63,768 bases of DNA from Armatimonadota bacterium (GTDB taxonomy: Bacteria > Armatimonadota > UBA10988): positions 1 through 63,768 of the forward strand of contig JACRKZ010000106.1 of the NCBI GenBank assembly GCA_016235455.1. The letters are read 5' to 3'. Below are positions 54,992 through 63,768 of this stretch, piece after piece (position 1 is the first letter of the stretch; each line of letters begins with the position of its first letter). Position numbers and translations under genes: made by a program. The notes beneath the pieces were generated by a model, which was not told where the DNA came from, ran no database searches, and saw only the letters and a list, made by a program, of their open reading frames with translations.

Positions 54992-56095
54992 ATGGGCATT
55001 CGCCTACAGGACATCGCCGCGCAGAACGCGCCGATCCAAGACCAGTTGGAGGCGGCGCTGACCCGCGTGCTGCGCCGCGGTCAGTTCATCTTGGGTCCCG
55101 AGGTCGAAGGCCTCGAGCGCGAGATCGCCACGTACTGCGGTGCCAGGCACGGCATCGGCGTGGCCAGCGGCACGGATGCGCTGATGTTGGCTCTGGCCGC
55201 CGCCGGCGTGGGCCGGGGCGACGAGGTCATCACCACGTCGTTCACCTATGTGGCCACGGCGCAAGCGGTCACCCATCTGGGCGCACGGCCGGTGTTCGTC
55301 GACATCGACCCTAAGACCTGGTGCATCGACCCCGAGCGCGTGGCGCGCGCGGTCACGCGGCGCACCAAAGCCATCCTGCCCGTCCATCTCTTTGGCCAGT
55401 TGGCCGACATGGGTGCCATCCAGCAGATCGCCCTGCGGCGCAATCTGGCGGTCATCGAGGACTCCGCCCAGGCCATTGGTGCCACGCAGCATGGCCAGGG
55501 CGCCTGCAGCATCGGCGCCATGGGCTGCCTGAGCTTCTATCCGACCAAGAACCTGGGCGCCTGCGGCGACGGCGGCATGATCGTCACCAACTCGGACGAG
55601 TTCGCCGAGAAGCTCCGGCTGCTCCGCGTGCATGGCCGCGCCAACGGCTACTTCTACCTGCTCGACGGGTTCAACAGCCGGCTGGACGAGATTCAGGCGG
55701 CGTTCCTGCGGGTCAAGATGAACGGTCTGGCCGACTACACCCGGCTGCGCCAGCGCAACGCGGGCATCTACGACCAGATGCTGGCCGATGTGCCGATGAT
55801 CCAGCGACCGTTTGTGGCGCCGGGCAACACGCACGTCTACCACCAGTACTCGATCGTGGCCGAGCGCCGCGACGACCTGCGCGAGCACCTCAAGGCCAAG
55901 GGCATCGACTCCGCCATTTTCTACCCGTTGCCGCTGCACCAGCAGGCCATCTACCAGAAGATTCACCGCGGTCGCCTGCCGATCGCCGAACAGGTGGCGC
56001 AGAGCATTCTGGCGCTGCCCATCGCGCCCGAAGTCGTCAACGAAGACGCGGTGCGCACCGTGGCCGAGGCGGTTCGCGGTTTCTATAAGTCGTAA
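54992..56095 (+). CDS. DegT/DnrJ/EryC1/StrS family PLP aminotransferase
   Basis: [39 protein letters not shown]. Confidence 0.95.
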   Translation: MGIRLQDIAAQNAPIQDQLEAALTRVLRRGQFILGPEVEGLEREIATYCGARHGIGVASGTDALMLALAAAGVGRGDEVITTSFTYVATAQAVTHLGARPVFVDIDPKTWCIDPERVARAVTRRTKAILPVHLFGQLADMGAIQQIALRRNLAVIEDSAQAIGATQHGQGACSIGAMGCLSFYPTKNLGACGDGGMIVTNSDEFAEKLRLLRVHGRANGYFYLLDGFNSRLDEIQAAFLRVKMNGLADYTRLRQRNAGIYDQMLADVPMIQRPFVAPGNTHVYHQYSIVAERRDDLREHLKAKGIDSAIFYPLPLHQQAIYQKIHRGRLPIAEQVAQSILALPIAPEVVNEDAVRTVAEAVRGFYKS

Positions 56096-56178
56096 CCCCA
56101 TCCACGCCCGGCCGGCGCGAGCGACGCTCGCGACAGGCGGCGGCGCGTGGCTCTCACCAACTCCGAGGAGAAATAGCT

Positions 56179-57447
<1,269 letters not shown>

Positions 57448-57463
57448 TCGCTGCGGTCATCAG

Positions 57464-59083
57464 TCAGACACACGGGGCGGCCCATCGCGGCCGCCCCGTG
57501 TGGTTTGGGTGCTCCCAGCCCAGCAGCCCGTGCCAGCGGGCCATCCAGTAGGGCAGCAACCAGAACGTGCCGCACTCCTCGCTCAGGTCGTTGCCGCCCT
57601 CGAAGCGGTACGGGTTGCCGTTCCACTTGTGCAGCGGCCGCTCGCGCCAGGGCAGGGGCGTGGTGAGCTGGCGCCGGGCGAAGCGGTCCTCGCCGCCGGC
57701 CAGCCGCAGGTCGGTGCGACCCGCGTTGGTCATGCGCCAGTCGACCAGGTCGAGCGGGATGTCGGCCAGCGCGCCCGCGGTGGCATCGAGGTCGCAGGGC
57801 CGGCCGCTGAGCGCGCCGTAGATGATGTTGGTCAGAGGGCAGGCCTCGGGCCGTTCGATGCGCCAACTGCGCTCCAGGCTGGCCAGGTAGACCGCGCGCC
57901 GCTGGACATCGGTCTCCAGCGCCAGCAGTGGGTAGTAGGCGAGAAAGGCCAGTTCGTCGTCGGAGTGGTTGTCTTCGGCGCCGGGGAAATCGCCGGGCAT
58001 GGCCTTCTGCGTCACGGCGTTCAGCGCGTAGTGATGGTCGTCGACCAGTTCGCGCGCGGCATCGGCGTAGCGGCGCTCGCCGGTCAGGCACTCGGCCACC
58101 TTCAGGTAGGCCAGGATCTCCAGCGAGTTGAGGCCCCGCTCGGCGCGCCAGCGCGGGTCGGCGTTGAGCCGCTCCGGCGCCCAGACGCCCCAGCGTGTCG
58201 GCGCGCCGTCGAGGTCGCACAGGTAGAGGCCGTGGTCGAGCAGGTGGTCGGAGGTACGCCTGACCACGGACTCGATGGCAACTCGTTCGGCGGCATCGGC
58301 CACCAACGCATGGTAGATGGGCCAGACGAAGTAGTGCCCGTCGAGCTCATCGGACGAGGTGTCTCCCTTCCACTCCCAGGCGCCGTCGTCGGTCGCGTGC
58401 CATTCGCCGTCGGGATGCGCGCCGAACTCCGACTCGTCGCGCCGAGTCACGGCCCGCGCTGGGAACCCGGCGATGGGCGTGACCGCCTCCAGGAAGAGCA
58501 GCGCGGCCATGCCCTCGCGCGCCTTGGCACGCGCCTCCGGCTCACCGGTGACAGCGAAGCGGAACGACTGGGCGGCGACGTACATCGCGGTCCACAGGCC
58601 ATCGTTGTCGTCGATGTGAGGACGCCAGCGGGTCACATCGCCGGGCGCCTCAAGCGCGCAGCCAGTGACGTAGCCAAAGCGGCGATGGCGGGCGTCGGTG
58701 AGCTGCTCGTAATGCTGGGCCTTGGCCGGCAAGGTCCAGGTGGGATGGTCGATCGCCACCCAGCCGGCGCTCGTCGCCACCGCCACGCCCGGGTTGGTCT
58801 CGATCAGCGCCAGGACGGCATCGGCGGGCAGCCAGCGCCGTCCGGAGAACACTTCCCACACGCCGTCGTTCCACCGTGCGGCGCCGTGCTCGCCACCCAC
58901 CCAGACTTCACCAGCGGCGGTGACGAGTTGGCACGAGAGTGACTCGAACGGCGGTGGCACGGGCAGACTGACGGCCGTGTGCCGGTCGGCCGGCAAGGCC
59001 AGCGAGTCGATGTCACGGCGCACCGGCACGGCGCAGGGCGCCGTGTGGAGCGTGGCGGCGGGCTCGCGGCGGAGCAGACTCAT
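57464..59083 (-). CDS. Hypothetical protein (short propeller-like N-terminus, putative alpha-toroid domain)
   Basis: GAGG upstream of ATG 59083; DDNDGLWT, WKGDTSSDELDGH, NHSDDELAF, LLPYWMARW. Confidence 0.7.
   Translation of the reverse strand: MSLLRREPAATLHTAPCAVPVRRDIDSLALPADRHTAVSLPVPPPFESLSCQLVTAAGEVWVGGEHGAARWNDGVWEVFSGRRWLPADAVLALIETNPGVAVATSAGWVAIDHPTWTLPAKAQHYEQLTDARHRRFGYVTGCALEAPGDVTRWRPHIDDNDGLWTAMYVAAQSFRFAVTGEPEARAKAREGMAALLFLEAVTPIAGFPARAVTRRDESEFGAHPDGEWHATDDGAWEWKGDTSSDELDGHYFVWPIYHALVADAAERVAIESVVRRTSDHLLDHGLYLCDLDGAPTRWGVWAPERLNADPRWRAERGLNSLEILAYLKVAECLTGERRYADAARELVDDHHYALNAVTQKAMPGDFPGAEDNHSDDELAFLAYYPLLALETDVQRRAVYLASLERSWRIERPEACPLTNIIYGALSGRPCDLDATAGALADIPLDLVDWRMTNAGRTDLRLAGGEDRFARRQLTTPLPWRERPLHKWNGNPYRFEGGNDLSEECGTFWLLPYWMARWHGLLGWEHPNHTGRPRWAAPCV
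57469..57502 (+). terminator. 14-bp hairpin downstream of ahcY, overlapping the 3' end of the convergent gene
   Basis: CACACGGGGCGGCC-CATCGC-GGCCGCCCCGTGTG followed by GTTT. Confidence 0.6.
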
Positions 59084-59249
59084 GGCGGTCCTCGTGGCCG
59101 CAACCGTTGGCGGTGCACGGCGCATCTCCTGCCAACGCCGGCGCCGGAGCAATCGATCAACTCGCCCTGCGCGATGTGTAACGGACTTTGTAACTTCTCG
59201 GGCGAGGGTATAGTGGATCGGCGGACGATATACGTACACGGAGGTTTGC

Positions 59250-61055
59250 ATGTCGGAGGTCGGTGCCCCATTGGTCTTGGTTGTGGACAGCGACTCCGTG
59301 GTGCGGGCGATGCTGTGCGACCTGCTTGCTGCCCAGGATCTCCACGAGTTCGTCGGGGATCCGGCCGCGGCCGCCTCCGTGGTTGCCGTGGGCGACCAGG
59401 CGAGCCCGGCGGCGCTCGCCGGTCGGCTGGGGCAGTCGCCCGAATGCGTGCTGCTGCGCGATGCCGTGAGCCCCGATGAGATGGCCGAACTGCTGGCGTC
59501 GGGCGTCAGCCACGTCCTGCCGCGGACATCGCCGCCGGCGCTGATCGTCGCCGCGGTGAGCCGGGCCCGCCACGTGGCGCAACTGCGGGCCGACGCGGAC
59601 CGCGCGGCACAGGCGCAGCGGACGCTGGTCATGGAGTCGTTGGCGGCGGCCACGGAGAACATCGGGCTGGTCGGCGCGCTCGAAGCCGTGCTGCGCGCGG
59701 CCTGCGTGGTGCTGAGCCCCGTGCGCTGCGCGCTGTGGCTGGCCGGTCGCGATGGCGAGATGGCACCGATCACCCTCGGTGCCAGCCATGCGCCCAGCCC
59801 TGGCCACGAAGCCGTGGCTCGCCTGGCGCAAGAGACCTCGGCGCCGGCGCGCGGCGTGACTGCCGGTAAGCTCTTCGAGGCCCATCCCATTGTGCTCGAC
59901 GAGCGTTGCGAGGGTGCGCTGTGCCTGGAGTACGAGGCGACCGGCGACCGGCCGGCCGACGCCGACGACACGGAAACCATCGCTGTCATCGCGGGTCACG
60001 CGGCTGGCGCCATCCGCCGCGACCGTCTGTTCGCCGACCTGCGGTCGTCCTCGGTCACCATCCAGTCGCTGTTCGAGGTCGGCCTGGCTATGGCCTCGGA
60101 GACGTCACCGCAGCGGCTGTTCGAGGTCATCGTCGACAGCGCTTCGCGCATCTGCGGCGCCGAGCGCTGCAGCCTGATGGTGCGCGAACGGCACGTGGCG
60201 GTTCTGCGCATGCGGGCCTCGCGTGGCATTCCGAGCAATGTCGCGCGCTCGGCGCAGGTCACCGTGGGCGAGGGCATCGCCGGCAGCGTGGCCGAGAGCG
60301 GCGAGGCGCTGTTCATTGCCGATATCGAGGCCGACCTGCGCTTTGGCCGGCCCAATGCGCAGCAGTACCGCAGTTCGTCGCTGGTCTGTGTGCCGGTGCG
60401 CCTGCGCGACGGAGTGGCCGGCGTGCTGTGTGTCACCAACAAGACTGATGGCTCCGCTTTCACCGCCAACGACCTCAACTTGATGACTCTGCTGGCCAGC
60501 CAGGCCGCCGTGGCCATCGACAACGCGGAACGCTATCAGGACCTGAACGAGCGCGCCATCACCGACGGGCTGACCGGCGTCTACCTGCGGCGCTACTTCG
60601 ACGAATGCCTGGCCAAGGCGACCGAGACGGCCTCCGCCGGCGCGCGCGGCTTCGTGCTGCTGATGGTCGATGTGGACCACTTCAAGAAGGTCAACGACAA
60701 CTACGGGCATCCGGTAGGCGACATCGTGCTGCGCGGGGTCGCGGCGCGCCTGAAGGCCGCCGTGCGCGACGACGATCTGGTGGCACGCTATGGCGGCGAG
60801 GAGTTCGCTGTTATCCTGTCACTGGGCGATGTGGAGAAGGCCAAGGTGGTCGCCGAGCGCGTGCGATCGTCGGTGGCGGAATCGCCCATCCATGCAGACC
60901 ACCACGACATCGCCGTGACGGTCAGCGTAGGCATGGCGGCCTACGAGGCCGGGCTCGACGACCCGGGCATGGTGGTCACCGTGGCTGACGCGGCGCTCTA
61001 TCGCGCCAAGTCGATGGGCCGCAATCGAGTCGTCTACGCGCCGTTCGAGGAGTAA
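59250..61055 (+). CDS. Diguanylate cyclase (degenerate REC-like, GAF, GAF, GGDEF)
   Basis: DGLTG, DVDHFKKVNDNYGH, RDDD I-site, RYGGEEF, ADAALYRAK..GRN. Confidence 0.95.
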   Translation: MSEVGAPLVLVVDSDSVVRAMLCDLLAAQDLHEFVGDPAAAASVVAVGDQASPAALAGRLGQSPECVLLRDAVSPDEMAELLASGVSHVLPRTSPPALIVAAVSRARHVAQLRADADRAAQAQRTLVMESLAAATENIGLVGALEAVLRAACVVLSPVRCALWLAGRDGEMAPITLGASHAPSPGHEAVARLAQETSAPARGVTAGKLFEAHPIVLDERCEGALCLEYEATGDRPADADDTETIAVIAGHAAGAIRRDRLFADLRSSSVTIQSLFEVGLAMASETSPQRLFEVIVDSASRICGAERCSLMVRERHVAVLRMRASRGIPSNVARSAQVTVGEGIAGSVAESGEALFIADIEADLRFGRPNAQQYRSSSLVCVPVRLRDGVAGVLCVTNKTDGSAFTANDLNLMTLLASQAAVAIDNAERYQDLNERAITDGLTGVYLRRYFDECLAKATETASAGARGFVLLMVDVDHFKKVNDNYGHPVGDIVLRGVAARLKAAVRDDDLVARYGGEEFAVILSLGDVEKAKVVAERVRSSVAESPIHADHHDIAVTVSVGMAAYEAGLDDPGMVVTVADAALYRAKSMGRNRVVYAPFEE

Positions 61056-61060
61056 GTGTC

Positions 61061-62530
61061 GTGAGACGTCTGCTGGCCGTCCTGTGCGCCGCTGGGCCGC
61101 TGTGGGCCGCGGTGCCCCCCACCGCGTTGTCGCCCGCCGTGCGCGCGGCACTCAGCGATGTCTGCCATAGCCCCAAGCTGGCCAGCGGGTTCGCCGGTGT
61201 GCTGGTGGTGGCTGCCGGCGAGCGCGACCTGACCACCGACCGTTTCGGTTTGCTGCCCTATGAGCCGCCCAGCCGGCCGGAGCTGTTTGCCTACAACGCC
61301 GACCACGGCTTCATTCCGGCCAGCAACATGAAGATCCTGACCACGGCCACCGGGCTGGACGTGCTCGGGCCGGAATACACGTTCGCCACACTGGTGCGCG
61401 CGACGCGTGAGGCGGGCGCGGATCGCGTTGCCTCGCTGTGGCTGGTGGGCGGGGGTGATCCGTCGCTGAGCATGGACGGGCTGAAGCGTCTCGCCGAGCA
61501 GGTCAAGGCGGCGGGCATCACGCGGGTCAGCGGGTCGGTCATCGCCGATGGTAGCCGCTACCGGGACAAGTGCCCCGACGGCTGGACCGCTGACGACACC
61601 ATCTGGTACTACGGGCCCGAGGTGTGGGGTCTGGCGCTCGATCGCAATCAGGTCGACGTCTACGTGCGACCAGGCGGCACAGTGGGCGCTGAGGCCCAGG
61701 TGACCGTCTCGCCGGCCAGCAGCTACGTTCGCGTGCGCAACGAGGTGACCACCGCGAGTGCCGGCGCGCAGCCCGATATCTCCTGGGACCATGACCTGGG
61801 CCAGCGGCAACTCGTGGTCGGCGGCAAGGTGCCCAACCGCACCGGCGCCGTCTGGACCCAAGGCATGGCCGTGCCCGATGTGCCGCTCTACTGCGCCACC
61901 GTGTTCACCGCCATGCTGCGCGCCGCGGGCGTCCAGGTCGACGGTGCGCCCAAGGCCGGCACGGCGCCCGCCGACGCGGCGCAGGTGGCGCGGCTGGACT
62001 CGCCGCCGCTGGGCACGCTCATTCAGCGGCTCATGAAGCGTAGCGACAATCTGTATGCCGAGATGCTGAACCGCGAGCTGGGCTTCCGGACCAGCGGCAT
62101 CGGCAGCGCCGCCGCGGGCGGCGCCGTGGTGCGTGAGTTCCTCACTCGGCAGGGCATCGCCACCGAGCAGGTGCGCGTCCCCGACGGCTCGGGCCTGGCG
62201 CGCACGGCGCAGGTCACGCCGCGCGTACTGGCCGGCGTGTTGCGGGCCATGGCCGTGCATCGCAGCCGTCAGCCGTGGTGGGACGCGCTGCCCATCGCCG
62301 GTGTGGACGGCACCATGGCCAACCGCCTCAAAGGGACGGCCGCCGAGAACAACGCGCGCCTCAAGACCGGCACACTGACCGGCCGCACCAGCCTGTCGGG
62401 CTACGTGACCGACCGCTCGGGCGACCTGCTCATCGCCGCCACGGTGTTCAACGGCTTCACGTGCTCGACCGCCGAGACCCGCGAACTGCACGACCGCATC
62501 ATGGCGGCGCTGGCCGGCTGGCAGCGCTGA
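61061..62530 (+). CDS. dacB: D-alanyl-D-alanine carboxypeptidase/endopeptidase (PBP4, peptidase S13)
   Basis: PASNMK (SxxK), GGGDP, SDN, DGSGL, KTG. Confidence 0.95.
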   Translation: MRRLLAVLCAAGPLWAAVPPTALSPAVRAALSDVCHSPKLASGFAGVLVVAAGERDLTTDRFGLLPYEPPSRPELFAYNADHGFIPASNMKILTTATGLDVLGPEYTFATLVRATREAGADRVASLWLVGGGDPSLSMDGLKRLAEQVKAAGITRVSGSVIADGSRYRDKCPDGWTADDTIWYYGPEVWGLALDRNQVDVYVRPGGTVGAEAQVTVSPASSYVRVRNEVTTASAGAQPDISWDHDLGQRQLVVGGKVPNRTGAVWTQGMAVPDVPLYCATVFTAMLRAAGVQVDGAPKAGTAPADAAQVARLDSPPLGTLIQRLMKRSDNLYAEMLNRELGFRTSGIGSAAAGGAVVREFLTRQGIATEQVRVPDGSGLARTAQVTPRVLAGVLRAMAVHRSRQPWWDALPIAGVDGTMANRLKGTAAENNARLKTGTLTGRTSLSGYVTDRSGDLLIAATVFNGFTCSTAETRELHDRIMAALAGWQR

Positions 62531-62594
62531 ACGGTCCGCGCTGCTCTGTGGGGTGCTTTGCTGTATCATGGGCACCAACCAAGGAGTAGGCGCG

Positions 62595-63455
62595 ATGAAG
62601 GTCTGCGCGACCACGGTCATGATGCCCGAACACGACTTGCCGGAGGCGGCGGAGTTCCTGGCTGGGCTGGGCTTCGACGGTGTCGAGTGGCGTTGCCGGC
62701 GCATCAGCGACGAGCAGCGCGCGCAGCCGTACAGCAACTGGGGCAACCACCGGTTCGACCTGTCGCCCGACAACCTGGGCGCACGCGGCGGCGAACTGGT
62801 CGCGGTGACGCGGGCCAACGGCCTGGAGATCGCCTGCCTGGCCACCAACATGCCGGCCTCGGACCTCGATACCGTGCGGCTGGTGGCTGAGGGCTGCGCC
62901 AAGCACGGTATCGGCAAGTTCCGGCTCGGCGCGCCGCGCGGCTGGGGCTCGTCCGACAACTACGTGCAGTTGCTCGACGACACGCGCCGCGCGTTCGAGC
63001 AGGCGTTGGCCATCTGCGCCGAGTGCGGGGTGCGCGCCATCCTGGAGATCCACCGCGGCACCGTGGCCATGAGCCCGACCATGGCCTATCTGGTGGTCAA
63101 GGACTTCGACCCGGCGCACATCGGCGTCATCTTCGACATCGCCAACATGTCGCTCGGTCAGGGCCTGGAGCCGCCCAAGGTGGGCATTGACCTGTTGGGC
63201 GCCTACGTGGCGCACGTGCATGCGGGCGGCGGCCGGCCGCGGCCGGTCGAGCGGCGCGACGACGGCCAGCAGGGCTGGGCGTGGGACACAGTCGACCTGG
63301 CCGACAGCCTGCTCGATACGGCGTCGTTCGTCCGCGATCTGCTGGCCACCGGCTATGGCGGGTTCTTCTCCGTCGAGGACTTCCGTGCCATGGACCTGAC
63401 CGAGAAGCTGTCGACCAACCTGGCCTACCTGCGCGCGATCGGGGCTGCGTCGTGA
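62595..63455 (+). CDS. Sugar phosphate isomerase/epimerase (xylose isomerase-like TIM barrel)
   Basis: AAGGAG RBS; GFDGVEW, LEIH, FDIAN, AHVH, GYGGFFSVE. Confidence 0.85.
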   Translation: MKVCATTVMMPEHDLPEAAEFLAGLGFDGVEWRCRRISDEQRAQPYSNWGNHRFDLSPDNLGARGGELVAVTRANGLEIACLATNMPASDLDTVRLVAEGCAKHGIGKFRLGAPRGWGSSDNYVQLLDDTRRAFEQALAICAECGVRAILEIHRGTVAMSPTMAYLVVKDFDPAHIGVIFDIANMSLGQGLEPPKVGIDLLGAYVAHVHAGGGRPRPVERRDDGQQGWAWDTVDLADSLLDTASFVRDLLATGYGGFFSVEDFRAMDLTEKLSTNLAYLRAIGAAS

Positions 63456-63768
63456 CCCCACTGCCGCGGCTGCGTCCGCTGGAACCCATTCCGTTCGAGC
63501 ACGAAGGCCAGCAGTACATCGCCTTCCGCGATCCGGCCGGCATCGCGCAGCCCGTCGAGTTGCCGCAGGCCGTGGCCATGCTGCTCTCGCTGTTCGACGG
63601 CGAGCGCGACATCGCCGCGGTCATCACCAAGTGGCACCAGCTCACCGGTGAGCATCTGCCCATCGACTTCGTCACGCGCTTTGTCGACGAACTGACCGGG
63701 CACCTGGTGCTCGACGGCGAGCCGTACCGCGCGGCGCTGGCCCAGGCCATGGCCGACTATCGCGCGCA
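63452..63768 (+). CDS. Probable AmmeMemoRadiSam system protein B (Memo-like), N-terminal part, runs off the window
   Basis: Not in the ORF track. GTG overlaps the previous TGA; MTPLPRLRPLEPIP...FRDPAG...LLSLFDGERD...FVDEL resembles the N-terminal extension of long Memo proteins. Confidence 0.55.
   Translation, partial: MTPLPRLRPLEPIPFEHEGQQYIAFRDPAGIAQPVELPQAVAMLLSLFDGERDIAAVITKWHQLTGEHLPIDFVTRFVDELTGHLVLDGEPYRAALAQAMADYRA

Noticed and set aside
56096-56178. Canonical SAH riboswitch directly upstream of ahcY
   Set aside because: Only a GC hairpin and CCGAGGAG (the RBS) are present; the conserved core and pseudoknot partner are missing.

Overview
High-GC bacterial chromosomal window, densely coding (about 45 genes). 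I found no rRNA, tRNA, CRISPR array, IS or prophage. The gene repertoire (DUF6785-like membrane protein, Cys-Gly-rich lipoproteins, FlgD-Ig-tailed protein, Lpt-like proteins) suggests a diderm such as Armatimonadota; this is an inference. Housekeeping genes: aspS (non-discriminating type), ribF, gltBD, uvrC, bcp, ahcY, dacB, cbiX-like chelatase. Accessory loci: (i) an arabinoxylan cluster (GH43, GH51, GH10-CE1-CE1) behind a TetR gene, with related palindromes upstream of both; (ii) a DtxR-FeoA-FeoA regulator followed by a FeoB split into two genes; (iii) an envelope locus at 30.0-37.5 kb with two paralogous OstA/LptA-LptC-like proteins (one with several tandem units, no lptB/lptFG nearby), two Gly-tethered lipoproteins and a 1049-aa protein with a degenerate zincin-like motif; (iv) several large secreted proteins of unknown function; (v) two different glutamate synthases transcribed divergently from a 713-bp motif-rich spacer. 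All family assignments come from motif recognition by eye; no searches were run. Most long ORFs in the supplied track are antisense shadows.
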